Assembly: GCA_010093605.1 (NCBI GenBank)
Contig: MU004189.1
Span: 1,185,834-1,249,833, forward strand
Length of the DNA stretch: 64,000 nt
Reading direction: 5' to 3'
DNA from: Lophium mytilinum
Lineage: Eukaryota
The notes under the pieces were generated by a model. It saw only the letters and a program-made list of their open reading frames with translations. It made no database searches and was not told where the DNA came from. Within the stretch, counting starts at the first letter, position 1. The number at the start of each line of letters is the position of its first letter. Position numbers and translations under genes: made by a program. This document shows, piece after piece, positions 24,434 to 38,640 of the stretch.

Positions 24434-24799
24434 TTCTAATTTTAATTTTATTATTACTAGGCTAGAAATTAAAGCTATTTCTATTTACTTATATATACTA
24501 GCTCTACTCTTATTCTATATAAACCTACTAATAGTATAAATTTAAGAATAATACTAATATAAGACTTGCCCCTAGTGCTTTCTCTACCTTAAAGCTAATA
24601 AAACATGCCGTATAGTATTTCCTCTAAGTTATAGTAATTATTTATAATAATAAGTGCAGGCTTATAATTCTTTTAAATTTAGTTCTCCTCTAGGCTTTTT
24701 TAAGCCTACTAGATATAGTTATACTTAGTAGTCTTCTAATCTCTTATTAGCTAGTATATCTTTATACGCATAAGATTAGCTACATTTTAATCTATCTTT

Positions 24800-26000
24800 C
24801 CCTTAATTACTTTAGCTCTAAGGCGCATCCCCTAAAAGTGCGCCTACGGGACTTAAGATTTAGCGCCGTATACTAGGGGCAAGTCCTTATTAAACTTAAA
24901 CCTATTAATAGTAATTAGATAAAGTCTAGCTTCTTATACGGAAGCTTAGTAACGCTGCGCAACTAAATACTAGGGCTTATTATCTACTTATTAATATAGC
25001 TAGATTATAATTCTACTACTAAAGTATAGATAGTATTTCTATCTTTATAAAGAAGACTTAACGCAGGCTATATTAAGTATATCTAGGCGCTTAAGATAGA
25101 TAATAAGCTTAAAATCTAGCTTTTAAGAATTGGCTGGGTTAAGAGATCTAATGTATTAATCTTAATTCTCGGATAGAATAAAAAGAGCATTATTAAGTGC
25201 TAGATCTCGGGGTCTAATAATATATAGAAAGAATAATTCTTCTAGTACCTTTAATACTATAAGCTTAATAACGCTATTAACACTATTAATAATTAGAATT
25301 TTTCCTTACTTAATATCCACGCTCTTATAGAAGTTAGCAACGCGTAATATTATTATTATCTTTAGTTTATTATTAAGAATTAGAAGCAATATACGCTATC
25401 TTATAGTCCTACTTAACTACTTATTTAGAGAATCCCTTTATCTACCTAGCTTTTAGACGCGGAAAAAACTAGCCCCTAGACTATTCTAGTTATCGCCTTC
25501 TTATTATAATAGAAGTAGAACATTTCTAAAGGCTTCTAATAAGATACTAAATATATAGAATAAAACTTTATAAACACGGGGGGCCTATATTTAGTAAGCC
25601 GGTTTACCTAGTTAAGAAGATTATTTTCTTTATTAATAAGCTCTAGAAAGTATATAATTACTCTATAGCATTAACTTAGAAATACTTAACTAAGAAAAGT
25701 AAGTATTATAGAAATAAGAAGGTTATAAAGGGAAAGCTATAACTATCTATATATTTAGATACTTTCTCTTCTAAAATAAAATTATAGATAATTCTCTCTT
25801 CTAAAGATAACTTATCTTCTATAAACTAGATTTCTATAATACTCTTATTGCGCAGCTCTTAAGAAATAGCGTTGCATTCCCCGACCTCGTCTAACTCGCC
25901 ACGCCTTAATCGTAATAGGGAAACTAAGGCCTAATCTAATAATTTTAATTAAAACGCGAGGCTTCTATTATTATTATCTAACTTACTATAACTTAATTAT
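24800..26000 (+). pseudogene. RIP-degraded cargo ORF, unidentified
   Basis: Protein-like plus-strand frame (e.g. LLRIGWVKRS, LIAQLLRNSVAFPDLV) with RIP-type stops. No motif recognised, and limits are approximate. Confidence 0.3.
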
Positions 26001-29000
26001 AATAAAGATTCTAGGGCTTACTCTAATAAGGAGAGTAAAGTCCGGTCTAATAAAGAGAAGAGGGATTAAACTAATTAAAAGGCAAGTCTTTACTCCTACT
26101 ATTAAGTAGATTTAGCTAATTAAGTATAAAATAACCGGGATAATATTAGAGAAAGTACTATAGAATCTTTACCTATTATACTAGAATAATAACTATATAA
26201 GATCTATATAAGTATATAGATTATATAAGACTATATATATATAATTTAGGTATATTAAGTAGAGAATATAGTTATACTAGATAAGAATTAAGAGTATAAA
26301 ATTATATTTTAAAAACTTTACTAAAGGCTAATTAAGCTAGGAAACAATGCGGCTATTAAGTAAGAAAGACTGCGCAAGTAAGCGGTAGAAGAAGAGTAGT
26401 TATAAATAGAGCTCTAAAGACTTTATTTTAAAAGGCAGCGGTGTTATAATAAATATTAATCTTTTCTAGGTAATAGAAATATTAAAGCGCTAAATTATAG
26501 GTAATATCTATATATTAGAATATAAGTAAAGTTTATAATTTTATAAAATAAATAAGATTTATAATTAGTTAGCTCTTATTAATAATTAGGTTTTCTAGCT
26601 CTAAACTATAGAATATTATATATATACACCTACTCTTAATAGCTAATAGCTTAACTATAGTATCTAAAGACTTAAACTTAGTTATCTAGGACTTGCCCTT
26701 AATTAGTTAGGACACCCTTAGTAATTATAATTCGCCCTTAATTACTTAGAACATTTTTAGTAATTAGAATTTACCCTAGATACCTATAATCCTTAAGACT
26801 TACCCTTAGTTACCTAAGACGGGGAGAGGGGGTTTCTAATACTATAACGGAACGTATTTAATAGCCTTAGCACGGCGGGGTATATTTTATATATAAAAGA
26901 TTTTCCTAAGTATTAGAGAACTAGTAAAGTTTAATATTTAATATTCTATATTTCTTTAAATATATAGAGATATTATTAATAAAGTATATATAAGGCCGCT
27001 TAGGTTTATATTAAAAGGTAGAGAGTATCTTTATATCTTAGAGAGTTTTACTAAGATAAGTATAGTTATCTAGCGGCGTAATATTAAAAAGAACTATAAG
27101 CTTTAAATAGATAGCCTATAGAAGCGGAAGATAACCTTAGTTAAATATTAGTAAACCTTAGAGACTTATAATTAATAGCGTGCTTAGGTAGAGAGAGAGT
27201 AGTAGTAGTAGTATCTATTATAGTAGATAGTTTTACTATAACCCTAGTTATTAAGGAGATTAAAGAAGTAATAGTTATATTAACGCGAGCTAGATAGGCT
27301 ATTAGAAATTGCGTAGAACTCTTTAGTATCTTTATCGGCAGGCTTATTAAAGGTAGGCGGGGTAGGCTCTAGTACTAAGCTCTAAATAAGCTACTATTTA
27401 GCGCAGAGGATACCTATTATAAGGTCTAGATCTTTAGCGGGTAGCGGCAGCGGTAGATAGCAAGTATAAACTAGAGAGGCGGAATCTTCTAGCTATTTAC
27501 TAAAGAGGGCGTTTAGTTTAGCATTAAATAGGGGTTAACTATAGAGTTTAGAAGCTTAAAGTTCCCTTCTAGGTATACTTTAGATATTTTACTATTAATT
27601 CCATTACCTTAATAATTACTATATAGCGTAGGTAGTATAATACTTACTTCTATATACTTGCACGCTATTAACGCACCTTTCTCTTATAAGATACTTCTAG
27701 TCGCGGGCTTATAGAAATATACTAGAATAACTAATAGAAAAGGTAAGTACTTTTTATATATGCGTCTTTACTTTATTAATAAAATTACTAAAGCTTCTCT
27801 TATAGAGTATCTAGAGTAGTAAGATTACCTTTAACCGGGCCTAAAAATATCTAATATTAATAATCTATTAAGTATACCCTTAAGTTAATCTAATAATATA
27901 GACTAACAGCCACTATAATTTAAAGGTGCTAAATAATTAGCTAAGCGTTTCCCTTAATCCTCTCCTCTTCTTAATAATTAATACTATACCGGCTTTAGTT
28001 AATACTAGAGAAATAATTATTATAGCTAGGCTTATAATATAGTTAATTCTTTAGGCTATATAGTAAGTGCTAGGCTAATTACCCGCTACACTAACTTACT
28101 AACGGTCGTAAACCGCACGTAAAGCTAGCTTAATAATATTTATAGAATTTGCATTATAGAGAGATACTTATAAATTATCTTATTAGGGGCTATAAGATTA
28201 AAGTAAAATATATATAGTCTATTACTAGTTAAAGAAGAGAAAGAATTAGAAGGTAAAATAATAGTAGGTTTAATATAGAAAAGAGATAGATATAGGCGTT
28301 AATAAGAAGGAAGGAGCTATTAGCTATTAAGTAAGATAGTATAAATACTAAGTAATATTAATAATAAGTAGGTAACCTATAGTATAAACTATAGCTCTAG
28401 AGCTAGTTATAGGCTTACTAGATAGTTTTAAAATAGGTATTAAGTATAGTTCTAGAGGTTAAACTAGTTATATACTAAGTTAGACTAGGTATCTAGAAAG
28501 AATATATAATATAAAGAATAATAGAAAGAGTTTTATAGTAAGGTATAGTAGTATAGGTATAGCTATAGGTATAAGCTATAATATTAGAGTAGGTTGTCTC
28601 TAGTAAGGCTATTAAGCTAAGAGAACGTTGCTCTTAGCATATATATAAACTAGAGAAGCGGCCTTATATTAGTATTAATTAAGCTAGTAAAAAAGGTTAT
28701 TAGGCGGAGGACTATTAAAAAGATAGTATATAGAGGTATCTAACTTATAGATAAAGAGCCTTTATATTAAGCTATATAGTATATTGCCGCTTATTTATAG
28801 GTTCTTACTTACTTTAAGTTTTAGTAGTTTAAGAGGTAGTAATACGTAAAGAAGTAGTAGAAGGCTAAGTATAAAGGTAAGGGTGCCTACCCGGCCTACC
28901 TAGTATAAACTACCTATATAGTGCGGAGCGGTAGTAGTATAGTAAGCTCTTAAGTAAGTAAGAGAGGCTTATAGTAATAGTAGCTATACTATAGAGCTAT

Positions 29001-29649
29001 TATAAGCTAAGCGGCTTAGATTTAGAGTTACTTAGCTATTACTTATATAGTGTTAGGCTTTATAGTAAGTTAAATTATACTTTTTCTATAGTATTTCTAA
29101 AAGATTAAATATAGTAATAGCGTACTAAGATAGATAGTAAGATTAATAGTAGTATAATAGGTAGTATAGTAGATAGCTATATTAAGGCTCTATTAAGCTA
29201 GAGTAAGTCTAGTAGTATTAAATAATACTACCTTAAAAACTTAATAGTGCGGCCTCCCTAAGCACGTGCTAAGTATTACTACTTTATAATTATTATAAGC
29301 CTCCTATAGCGCTTTATTAATGTAAGGGCTTACTAGAGGGCTAAACTTTACCCCTATAATATTTAATATAATATTTAAGGCGCTAAAAGGGCTAATAAGA
29401 GCCCTAGAGCTCTAAAACTTCTACTCTATTACTAGTTCTCTATATTCCTCGCTCTTAATTACTTAAGAAGATAGTTATTCTAATTCTTAATATTCTTAAT
29501 ATTCTAGCTAATATAATTTTATATAGAAGGTATAGTATACCTTACTCTTTCTCTCTTCTTCTTACTATATGCGCTAGTTATTCTTTATATATATAGTATA
29601 GACTTCTATAAATCTATAATACTATTTTATTACCCTTATACTACCTCTT

Positions 29650-31500
29650 ATATATACTATCTTCTAGTTTAGCCGGCTAGTCTTTACCCTAGTTTTCCTT
29701 ACTAGAGATACCCGCCTATCTTTAGTCGCCAACCTATCTTTTATAGATAGCCTTAACTAAAGTAGCTTCTTAGCACTTTTAAGTACTAGAAGTATCTATT
29801 TCTAAAAGTTATAGCTAGAGCTTATATATGCTAGGTAAACTATAGAAAGGTATAGGCTTTAGTTTAGTTATTATATAACGCGTCCCTTTAGTATATTTAT
29901 AGTCTAAAATTTTAAACTATTAGTTACTAAAGTTCTATATAGTATAGTAGTATAAAGGTCTTACCTTATTCTCTAATATATAATTATTACCCCTTAAATA
30001 CTATTTAATTACCGGGCGACTTATTCTAATCTACTTAGATACTTTCTTTTACTTTATACTTAGTTATTAGTTATATATCTACTTGTTTCTAGCTAGATTA
30101 ACTAACTAGATCTAGCTTTAACCGCTAATACTCTACCTATTACTATTAGAACTCTTAGTAGAAGTAGTATAACTACTATATATTTCTATTTTAGGGTCTC
30201 TACTTACATATCTATCTTAATAGGGAATAATAGTTATTCTATAGATTAGATTACTTTACAAGGATTTCTAATTATAATTAGTCTTACTTATCTTTTAGTA
30301 GTTAACTATTTATATAATTAGTTTTTATAGTTTTTCCGGGCTATTAGTAATATACTACGGGCATTTTAGTTCCCTTACTTCTAGTAATAGTTCGGCATCT
30401 AGCTTAATATTAGGACTTTCTAATACTTATTAAAAACCTTCTCTTCTACTTATAATAAAAGGGGTAATACTATTATAATCTACTTCTAGGGCTATATAGA
30501 TAACTTTTAGTAGCGGCAATTTCTTAAAGATAAGATCTAAAACTCTTTAAGTAATAGAGTTAAACTCTATAAATATTATATATAACTTTCTAGTACTACT
30601 ATAGCCCTGCGCTATAATATAGATATCTATTCTAAATAAATAGAATATATTTATAAGTAGGAAAATCTTGCTCTATATAGTAATATTTAAGTTATACTAG
30701 GTAAATATATAGTTAAATTAAAAGGAATTTAATTAACCTAATAGTTCTAAAACCTTAGTATCTATAGAACTAATCTATAAATTCTATATCTAGCGGTTAA
30801 TTTAGACATTAATAGAGTTCTTATCTTCTAATATTATAGATATTCTAACCTAGACTTAAAACTTATATTATAAGTTTTAGAATACTAAATTATATATAAG
30901 TCTCTATAGAATATACTAATATATATATACTTCTTTCTTTAGGTATTTAAGTAGGTCTATCTAGCTCTTACTATATATTTAAGATAGTCTTTTCTTTAGC
31001 TACTTAATAGTAGACTTAGTATTAGTAAGCTTATCCTTAGTATTAGTAAGATTATTCTTAGTATTAGCTAGATTATCCGCAGCATTAATTAGATTATCCG
31101 CGGCTTCTATAAGCTTTTTATTATTATCTACTAGCTTCTAATATAGCTCTTAGAATTCTTTAGAGTATACTTTAGTTATAATAGTCTTAGTAGTCTCTTT
31201 ATTCTCTACCCTAAATATTACCGCAGTTAATACTTTCTTAAGGACCGCGCTAGTACTTCTAAGCTCTACTAAGCCTTCGCGTTCTAGTGCAAGCGTATTA
31301 ATAGTGCCGCTCTATGTCTTCGCGTCTTTAAAGGGACTTTATAGTATTATTAAGATTTTCTTACCTATATTTAATATAGATTCTATTACTTTATAAGCCT
31401 TCTTAAAGAAATGCTAGGTAATACTAAGTTCTTCTTTTATATTAAGGAGCTGCTGCTACCCTATATTATGCGCAGTCTATAGAATTATAAGCCTAGTCTT
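29650..31500 (-). pseudogene. Kinesin-like gene K2: coiled coil and C-terminal motor, paralog of K1, RIP-inactivated; 5' end probably further right
   Basis: Minus frame: heptad repeats AADNLIN/AADNLAN near 31020-31110; F*FNYIF; AQGYSSTRKLYIIF at 30571-30612 (de-RIP AQGYSGTGKSYTMF); VIYIALEV; KTNYN*KSL*S (T..N..SSRS); LVNLARNK at 30082-30105 (LVDLAGNE). A GTAAGA intron donor lies at the equivalent position to one in K1. Confidence 0.85.
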
Positions 31501-34500
31501 AAGTACCTTAACTTTATCTACTAGTACCCGGATTTTATATATTATATATAGGGGACTTATATTTTTTAAAGCCGTTATATATATCTTAGTAGTAAATATA
31601 AACTAATTATAGTAATCTAGATATCTATTACGCAAGAAATAGTTAGTATAGCTTTATAATCTTCTCTATAATTAAATAATATTATATATATATAGGCTAT
31701 TTAGATAACTTAAAGATAGAAGAAGATTTATCTATCTTAGTAATTAGTATATAATAATAACCCTATAGGTAGAATTTAACCTAAAGTAAAGAATAAAGAT
31801 AGATAACTTTAAAATCTTAACTGCGTTAAGCTATTCTACATTACGCTATTCTAAGAAAAACGTAAAAGCTAGTATAGGAATTATAATAATTATCTATAAA
31901 AACACTAATTAAAAAATAATCTATATAGCGACTCTATAGAAGCGCTATATCTTTACGCGTAGAAGGTTCTTTAACTAATACTATAGGTGCAATTTATAAT
32001 ACTTATAATCTATTTCTAAGGCCTTATATAATATATTATAGGGAGTAATAAAGATAGCGTATTGCTAGAGTAGTCTTAAGTTTATTTTATCTTTAGAAGG
32101 CTAATACTTAAAACTATCTTAAAAGTATAGTATATAGTATATATATACTCTTCCCTAGTAAAGCTTAGTAGTTCTTATCTATACTATTATAGTGCTATTA
32201 ATAGAGAGTCTTACTAGAATCTTCTAGCAATATTTACTAAGGCCGTTGTTTTAAACTTTGCGCCTGCGGCTAGAAAACCCTAAGCCTGCGCGTTTTAAGA
32301 TAATCTTTTAGGAACAAATACTTATATATATTAATACCTTATTTAAGTTAATTATAAGTTATTAATTGCTATTTTTATATAGTGTTTTATAATATATTTA
32401 TTATTATCTAATTTACGTAAATGCGCTTTATATAGTAGCGCACTTATTTTAGTATTTATCTACTATATCTATATAGACTCTATAATTCTACACTATATCT
32501 ACTCCTGCGTTAACTATCTACTCTTAGTACTTCTCTACTAGTATTATCGCCTCCACGCTTCTTATATTAATTAGAATTACTTTAATCTATAAATATACCT
32601 ACTAAAATAGTAAGTAGTCTAAAATTATACTATTTTCCGTAGTAATATTATTCTTTTAGGTTCTCCACTCTATTAAATATATAGTTCTCTCTATAGTTAA
32701 GTAAATTAAGGCCTTAAAATATAGGGAAGTTATCCCTATTATTTAGGAGCTAGCAACTATAACTATAACTATACTTTAGTGCGTTTATAACTAGCTTAAT
32801 AAAGTAATTAAGCCTACTATTTATAAGGTTCTTGCTAAAATACTAGCTTTAATAATTACCCTTAGTATAGTAGTTATTATATATTTAATCCTCTTATTTC
32901 TTCTATTATAGGTGCCTACTTAATATAAGATTAGCTAAAGAGTAACTTAAAAGTAAAGGCTAATAAGTATAGCATGCTAAAGAGGGCTACGTATAGTACT
33001 AGTATAGATTAGAGAAGGTTATATAAGGCCTATAGGGTGGGTTTTAAAAGAAGAGACTTTAGTAGTAGGTAACGGGCGCTTTTTTATTAAGAGAGAATAA
33101 TAATATAGCTTAGATATTAGGTTTAGGGATAGAATAATAATAGTTACTCTATTATATATTTAGAGGTTATAGCGGTATATTTTTTTCTTATAATAATTTT
33201 AGTCTTCCCTAAAATTATAATCCTTATTTATCCTACTTAATTCTAAGTTCTTAATAGTAAAATTTCGCACTCCCGCTAGGGCATATTAATTATTTAGCTA
33301 GCATTTCTACCTTATTACTTTCTATCTTGCTATATTATCGCGAACAAGCTTTATATCTTACTTAACGCCCTTTTAATATAAAGACTTATAAGAGATAAAG
33401 GCTAATAAAGCTCTACTTTAATTAGTAGTCTTTATAGTTAGCGTTATATAAGCTCTCTTAATAACTTTATAACTTAGAGTTATACTAGTAGAGCTATATT
33501 ATTATTATAACTTTTTAACTTTATAGACTATAAGTTACTAGGTTTTCCGCAACCCTCTAACCTTAAAAGGCCGCGGTCTTATTACTATATACCTTTATTA
33601 ACGTTGCTCGCCTCTATAGAAATTTAGTATAAGGTAGAAGAAATAGGTAGCTTAGTAGCTATATTAGTAAGGCTTCTAGCCCTCTATAGCGCTAGCTATA
33701 TACCGCCCTACGCTAGTTATAATATAATTTACTCTATAGGGCGGTATAAAAGTCCTAGTATAGGTAATTAATTATTCTTATATTATATCTATATTATATA
33801 ACTAATTTTAATAGCCTCTATTATACTCTACTAGTACTACTAATACAGTCTATTAAATACTAGTAATAGTCTTAGTAACCTAAGAGACGCCTAAGCTAGA
33901 GATAGCTATATTATTCTTATTTACCGCTAGTCTACTAGTTTAAATCTATAAAGCCTTTAGAAGAATAAGCTTAAAGACCTATTAATAACTACTCTAATAA
34001 CTCCCTCTATAGCCGCGCGGAACTAGGTCTATCTATAATAGTAGGTATCTAAAGGTAAGTATTTAGTAGTTAAGTAGAGGTTTTATAATTTTAGAATAGC
34101 CTTCTACTTTTCTTTATTTCTTTCTTTTAACTTAGTCTCTCTCTACTCTATTATTAAGTCCGCCCTCTCTTTTATTAGCTTTAAAATTCCCGTTATTAAC
34201 TCTATCGGCCGGAAGCTTATTTATAATACTTAGTTAACTCTTAGACTCTTATATATATCTCTTAAGCCTATAAAAGTATATTAAGAAAGCCCTTATTAAT
34301 AATAGCTTTATAGACTAGCATTAGTTATACTATTATCTAAACCCTATATTTAGTATAAGTAAGTCTAATAATAATATATACCTTCTATAATATATCTACT
34401 CTAATTCTCTCTAGAATATTATCTACTATAGCTACTAGCTCTACGCGTTTAAGTATACTAACCCCGGGCAACTCCGGGTTTAGTTACTTAGTATAGCTCT

Positions 34501-37500
34501 TAGTAGTAACTTTCTTATTAAATTCTCGGCCGCCGGATAAATAGTTAGTAAGGCGTAGGTACCCTTCTCTAGGCTTAAAGTAGAGAACTTCTTCTAATAG
34601 ATTAAGTAGCACTAGCTCTCCTTACTATTAACTTCTTATATTAACTTAAGTAACTCTAATTATATAGAATAGGTTACTTATAATCCTACTATTAGACTAC
34701 TATAGTAAGGTTTCTAGCGCTATCTAGCTTCTATAGCTAAATAGCCTTAGTAAGGCGTAGCTGCTAGAAAAATTAGTAACGCTATAAATAGCGGCGAACT
34801 TATATATAGAAGATAGGCTTCTTTACTTTAACTTAAAATTATAGAATAGAAGTAGCTAGAATATAGCTTTTATTAATAGTAATATATATATATATTTATA
34901 AAGTCTATATCTATACTAACTGCGTAAGGAATACTATAAGGCTTACTAGACGCTTAGAGAACCTTACTAAAGCTAAGCTATTCTAGTATCTACTATCTTA
35001 ATTAATAACTTTAAGATAGTACTTCTAGCCGCTTATTAATCCGCTAAACCCGCTAGTATAATAGTAGATATAAAATTAAATAGTTAGCTAGAATAGGTAT
35101 AGATTTACTCTACTATTAACTTAAAAGATATATATATCTATATCTATAGAGTAGTAGAACCTATATATCTACCTTATTAAGGCCCCTTTAAGTATAAACG
35201 CCTTAGAGTTAGTAGCTGTAAAAGATAAATAAAATAATTATACATATAAAGCACGCTAGTATTAGCCGCGTAAGAAAGCTAGTCTAAGAATACCTAGTAG
35301 AATAAAAGAGTTATAGGTCTAAATATAACTAGTAGGTTTACTAAGATAGTATAGATAAAGACCTTAGAATATAGCTCTATCTAATACTATACTGCGTAAG
35401 TAGACTATATACCTAGAAGTTAGCCGCTCTACTTAACTACCTTAAGCTAGTTATAGTTGCTAGAAAGCTTTTAATTCTTCTAGCTATTTTTCTATAGCCT
35501 TATTTTTACTAGTTCTAAGAAGTATAGGGTCTATCTAGACGCCTGCGCTAAAGAATTATTACTTACTATTACGTAACTTATATATATTACTTAAACGCCC
35601 TACTTCTATATTTATAATCCCTCTATTATAGCCCCCTATCTCTTTAGTATAGCTTATATTATATAAAACTCTTAAAAGCTTACTATAGATAGAAGGGGGG
35701 TTCTAGAAGGTTTTATATAAGGAAAAAATTACATTTCTAAATAAGTTTAAAAGTAATATTAAATTAGACTAAGAGGTCTTCTCTACCTATTTAAATATTT
35801 TATAATATGTAAAAAAACGCTAATATAGTATTAACCTTAAATATAAGAAGGGTAGTATATAATACTAGCTATAGCTCTAGCTATTATAGAGCTCTTTACG
35901 CTACTTAGATTAAATATTAGTATACATTACTTAAAACACTGCGCGGTGTAGCTTTATATAATATAGAAATCTTAAAATTTTTAGTATTATACGCTTTTAG
36001 TACTTCTTAGTATTCTTCTATATAAAATCTATTCTTAATAAGGTTTTTCTATATTTTAGTATTAATATAGTAGCGGGTTTACTATAATTTTCTAAAACTA
36101 TATTTAAAGAAATTAAAAGCGTTAATTACGCTATTAGTAAGTAGCTTACTTATAATTTACCGGGGTAATACTTTACTATAACTGCACTCTAACTTCTATA
36201 TTAAGTTCTTAAGTAATAGATAGTAGTTAGCTACTACTTTATAGTATAATTTAATCTAGTCTATATATTTAAATTAGCCTAGTTCTAGACTACTTCTCTT
36301 TAAAGCTTAGAGCCCGTTTACTATTACGCTTTAAATAGCCCTCGCCTAAGCGTCTAATCTATTTAAGTTACGTAAAGGCTTAATATTAATAGTATCCCCC
36401 GTCTAGATTTCCTTTCTACTTAACTTCTTAACTAGGCGTTTATATAGCTTCTAGATAGTATAGTAATAGCCTATAGGCTAGCAGCTATAAGACGCGGGAT
36501 ATTTAAACTACTTACTTTCTATAAAGTAGTCTAGTAGCTTCTAAATAGCACTCTACTTATTGCCTATATTATTATATAGTAAAGGTCCGCAGGCTAATAT
36601 AGTATAGTTAGTAATAGCGCGTCTACTATATAGCTAGTATAATATAAATAGTAGCCTTAATAGCTAGGTGCACTATAGCCCCTACTACTTTTCTAAATTT
36701 TCCTTATATTTATTAATATCTTCTTATTTCTAGCTTATATTTTCTATAGAAATTATAAGTAAGAGGCTAAAGAGTATATAGTCTTTAGGTGCTATAGGGT
36801 TAAAGATAAAAAGGTAATAAGAGCGGGAGGAATTTACACGTTAAAACTAGGGCGGGATAAGGTCTAGGCTATAGTAGGTGCACTCTTTTTTCTTTATAAA
36901 TATATATATTATAATAATAGATATAGCTAGAGGTAGTTTATAAAGAACCTTTAGTAGCCTTAGAGTTAATCTATAATTATTCTACTTAGTCTATATCTAC
37001 TAGTAGTAGTAAAAGGTAAAATTACCTATTAGATATTTATTAGCTAATATTAGAAGTAGTCTAGATAACCTAGAGACTAGTAAGCGCATTATTTAGAAGC
37101 GTAGTACTATACTCTAGAACTAACCTTAATTTATACTGCGCTATAATAGCGTAGAAGAACCTCTAGTAAAATACCGCTAGCTCTTTCTACTATTATTTTA
37201 TATTTCTAGCCTTTAGAGTAGCTAAATATAGCAGGGTAGTTAGAAGAGCCTAGAGGGATTATTCTACCTAGTTAAAAGTTAGTATTTTAAGATTACTAGG
37301 CCGGAAAGGGCGGTATTTCTATTATAGCTACGGCTTACTATTAATTATCTCTAGAACTTATTATACCTAGGCTCTACCGCTATCTATAACTAACTAATAG
37401 GCTCTAAACTCTATAATATTAAAATTAACTTCTATAGTATTAAAAGTATAAAAGAAATTAGATATATACCTTTTAGAGATAAAGAAGAGCTTCTTTATAG

Positions 37501-37559
37501 GTGTGCTAGACTTATAACTTAAGAAGGTAAACTTATAGAGTAAGAAGTTAAACCTAGTA

Positions 37560-38640
37560 TATATAATTAGTAGAAGTTTCTAAGTAGTACTAACTATAAG
37601 GGGAAGTTCTCTTCTTACTATTTATACGCGGTAAAGTACTATTATATAATACTCTATCTAGTAATATAGGCTATAGCAACCTTCTATAAATTTCTAACTA
37701 CTTAGTTCTTACTATTAATCTTATACTAGATAAATACCTAGCGCTAGCTATAGATAATAAGTTTAAAGTCTATAAGCCGCGGCTATAGACTAATAAAGTT
37801 AAAGGTAATTAGAATATAATAAATAGATAACGCATTATAAATTACTTAGAATATTTCTATAATACCTATATACCCGGTAAAGTATTTAGAAGACTCTATA
37901 GGCTTTAGGTTTTAGTTTATTTATATAGTAAGCGGCTACTAGCCTAGAAATCTAATAGACGTCTATAGATTAATATAGTTCTTATTAGCTATAATATATT
38001 CTTAGATTTAATATAGCGCCTCTAGAAGTAGGCTAAGTAGTATTTAATATAGCGTATTATTAGAGTTTAGAAGGCTATATACTAAGGCGTCTAGAAAAAC
38101 CTTTCTAGAAGAGTTTATAGTAACTAGGCAATTTTCCGCCGCCTTACTATTTATAACTAGCTTTAGCGTATTTAGTATTAAGTTAATATAGTATAGATTA
38201 GTAACGCATATACTAATATAAAATACAGTCTTACTATACTATATAAGCCTAGTAATATATATCTATATACTAGATATATAACCTATTAAGCTTTTTACCT
38301 TAAATAGACTTAGTAGCCTACCTTCTAGATTTTTATATAGATTCTCTTTAAGAATCTAGAATTAGTCTATAAAGCTTAAGCCTAGTTTAGAATTAGTAGT
38401 ATAGTCTAGAGCGCTATTAATAGCACTAAATTTAGTAGCGTAAATAATATAAGAGTTATTAAAAGTATAAAAGAAGACGTCTCCCTTATATTGCGCCCTA
38501 TAATTCTATATAATCTATAGCTCTAGAGCTAATAGTAGTATATAGAAAGCTATTATAGTAGTAGGCGTATTAGATATATAGGGTAGAGAGTTATATATCT
38601 AGACCGGGCGCTTATAAGCTATAAATTCTAAAGTAGTTAT
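37560..38640 (-). pseudogene. RIP-degraded cargo ORF, unidentified; possible PD-(D/E)xK-like D..QxK segment
   Basis: A single minus frame with relatively few stops over more than 1 kb. Reads PRLIDFKLII...VFI*YK at 37720-37782. Confidence 0.4.
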
